Assembly: GCF_009914755.1 (NCBI RefSeq)
Contig: NC_060934.1
DNA length: 64,000 bases
Direction: 5' to 3' (one strand)
From: the human T2T-CHM13v2.0 reference genome, Homo sapiens
Shown here: piece after piece, positions 63,025 through 64,000 of the stretch
How positions within the stretch are numbered: position 1 is the stretch's first letter
Layout of the letters: each line of letters begins with the position of its first letter
Program-made: the position numbers and the translations under genes
Notes under the pieces: generated by a model
Told to the model about the DNA's origin: nothing
Database searches by the model: none
Seen by the model: only the letters and a program-made list of their open reading frames with translations

Positions 63025-63681
63025 GAGGCAGACATTACCAGTCTATCCCCACTACCTTCTTTCAGTGATAGAACTTGGATTTCTGTTTATTTTTACACTC
63101 CACATGGTTAGGTATTCAGGGTGGGCCTTCTTTCCAGCCATAGGATGTAAGTTCTGTTAGTCTAAAGTTGTGAAGGTTATTCCATATCCCCTGCAAGGTT
63201 TAGGCATGGGCCTGGGATGTAACTCTGCCCATTGAGAAGTAAGGGGTAGGGACTTCTGGGACAGTGTCTCTCGTGGTTGAAAAGAGGTGAGGGGCACAGC
63301 AGTGTCTGTCTCTGTTAGCCAGCTTGTATGATGTGATACCTGGTCATGATACCTGGAACTCTAGTGGTTCATGATTCCAGGGACTCCATAATACCTGGAA
63401 CTCCAGTAGTCCCACGACACCTGGGACTTCCTGATGAAGCATGAAAACAGAAAAGCAAAATGAAAAGATGAAAGTTACTGATGAAAGCAATAAGAAGAGG
63501 ATAAGCATAAGAACCAAGCCAGGAGAGCAAGACAAGAAGTGAATCGAATCACCTGAGTTGCTGGATTAACTAGCTTGGAACGGACCCATGTGGGGACTTC
63601 TTGTCCCCAAGTCAGATTTGTGAGACAAATGTCCTTACATTTTAATCTGTCTCTTACAGCTGGAACATCCCAATGGAACAC
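63025..63681 (+). mobile_element. old MLT1-like LTR
   Basis: ggcatgggcctgggatgtaactctgcccattgaga...tctcttacagctggaacatcccaatggaaca. Confidence 0.55.
63333..63431. repeat. degenerate minisatellite (atgatacctggaactcc-like unit)
   Basis: five variant copies: tgatacctgg, tgatacctggaact, tgattccagggact, taatacctggaact, cgacacctgggact. Confidence 0.8.
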
Positions 63682-64000
63682 AGAGCAATCTGAGAAGTGA
63701 CAGAGACCAGTGGAGAGCCAGGGAAGAAGACTAGAAGAGGAGTCAGGAAGGAGAAAGGAGAATCAGAAAGGTCCAAAGAAGAGACATAGGACAGGGACTC
63801 CTGCCTCCCTTTGAAATCTCTGACCCAAAGGGTTTTAAGCAAACAATCTGCCTTCTCTTCCAAGTATTAATCCATTTCCAAACCTAGATGCAAATCAGTG
63901 AGGATTTAAGATTCAAGTAAGTAGGGGGAAAAAAAATCACTGTCACTGCCTTAACCAAAGGGAATTTGATATATGTTTTTTTCTTTAAAAATCTTGGTAC

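Noticed and set aside
63333-63431. CRISPR-like repeat-spacer array
   Set aside because: Primate DNA, degenerate short units, no unique spacers and no cas genes

Overview
Repeat-dense, AT-rich primate genomic DNA (intronic or intergenic). An L1PA2-type element suggests human or another African great ape. I can support no host protein-coding exon or RNA gene; every convincing ORF is LINE-1 or retroviral. Contents: a decayed full-length L1PA2 nested in an L1PB, with an apparent 470-bp 3' transduction and target-site deletion; a twin-primed L1PA2; a 5'-truncated L1PA3 with 2.1 kb of open ORF2; a short L1PA4/5 with a complex 5' junction; six Alus; a THE1B solo LTR; several MLT1/LTR33 LTRs; MER53, MER5 and Tigger6-like DNA transposon relics; many MIR/L2/L3/L1M fragments; and a heavily decayed class I ERV pol (RT thumb, RNase H, integrase) at about 3.6-5.0 kb. 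I found no evidence of a wholly new biological system. The best leads are retrotransposition and repair scars. Subfamily calls come from my recall of consensus motifs, not from a database search.
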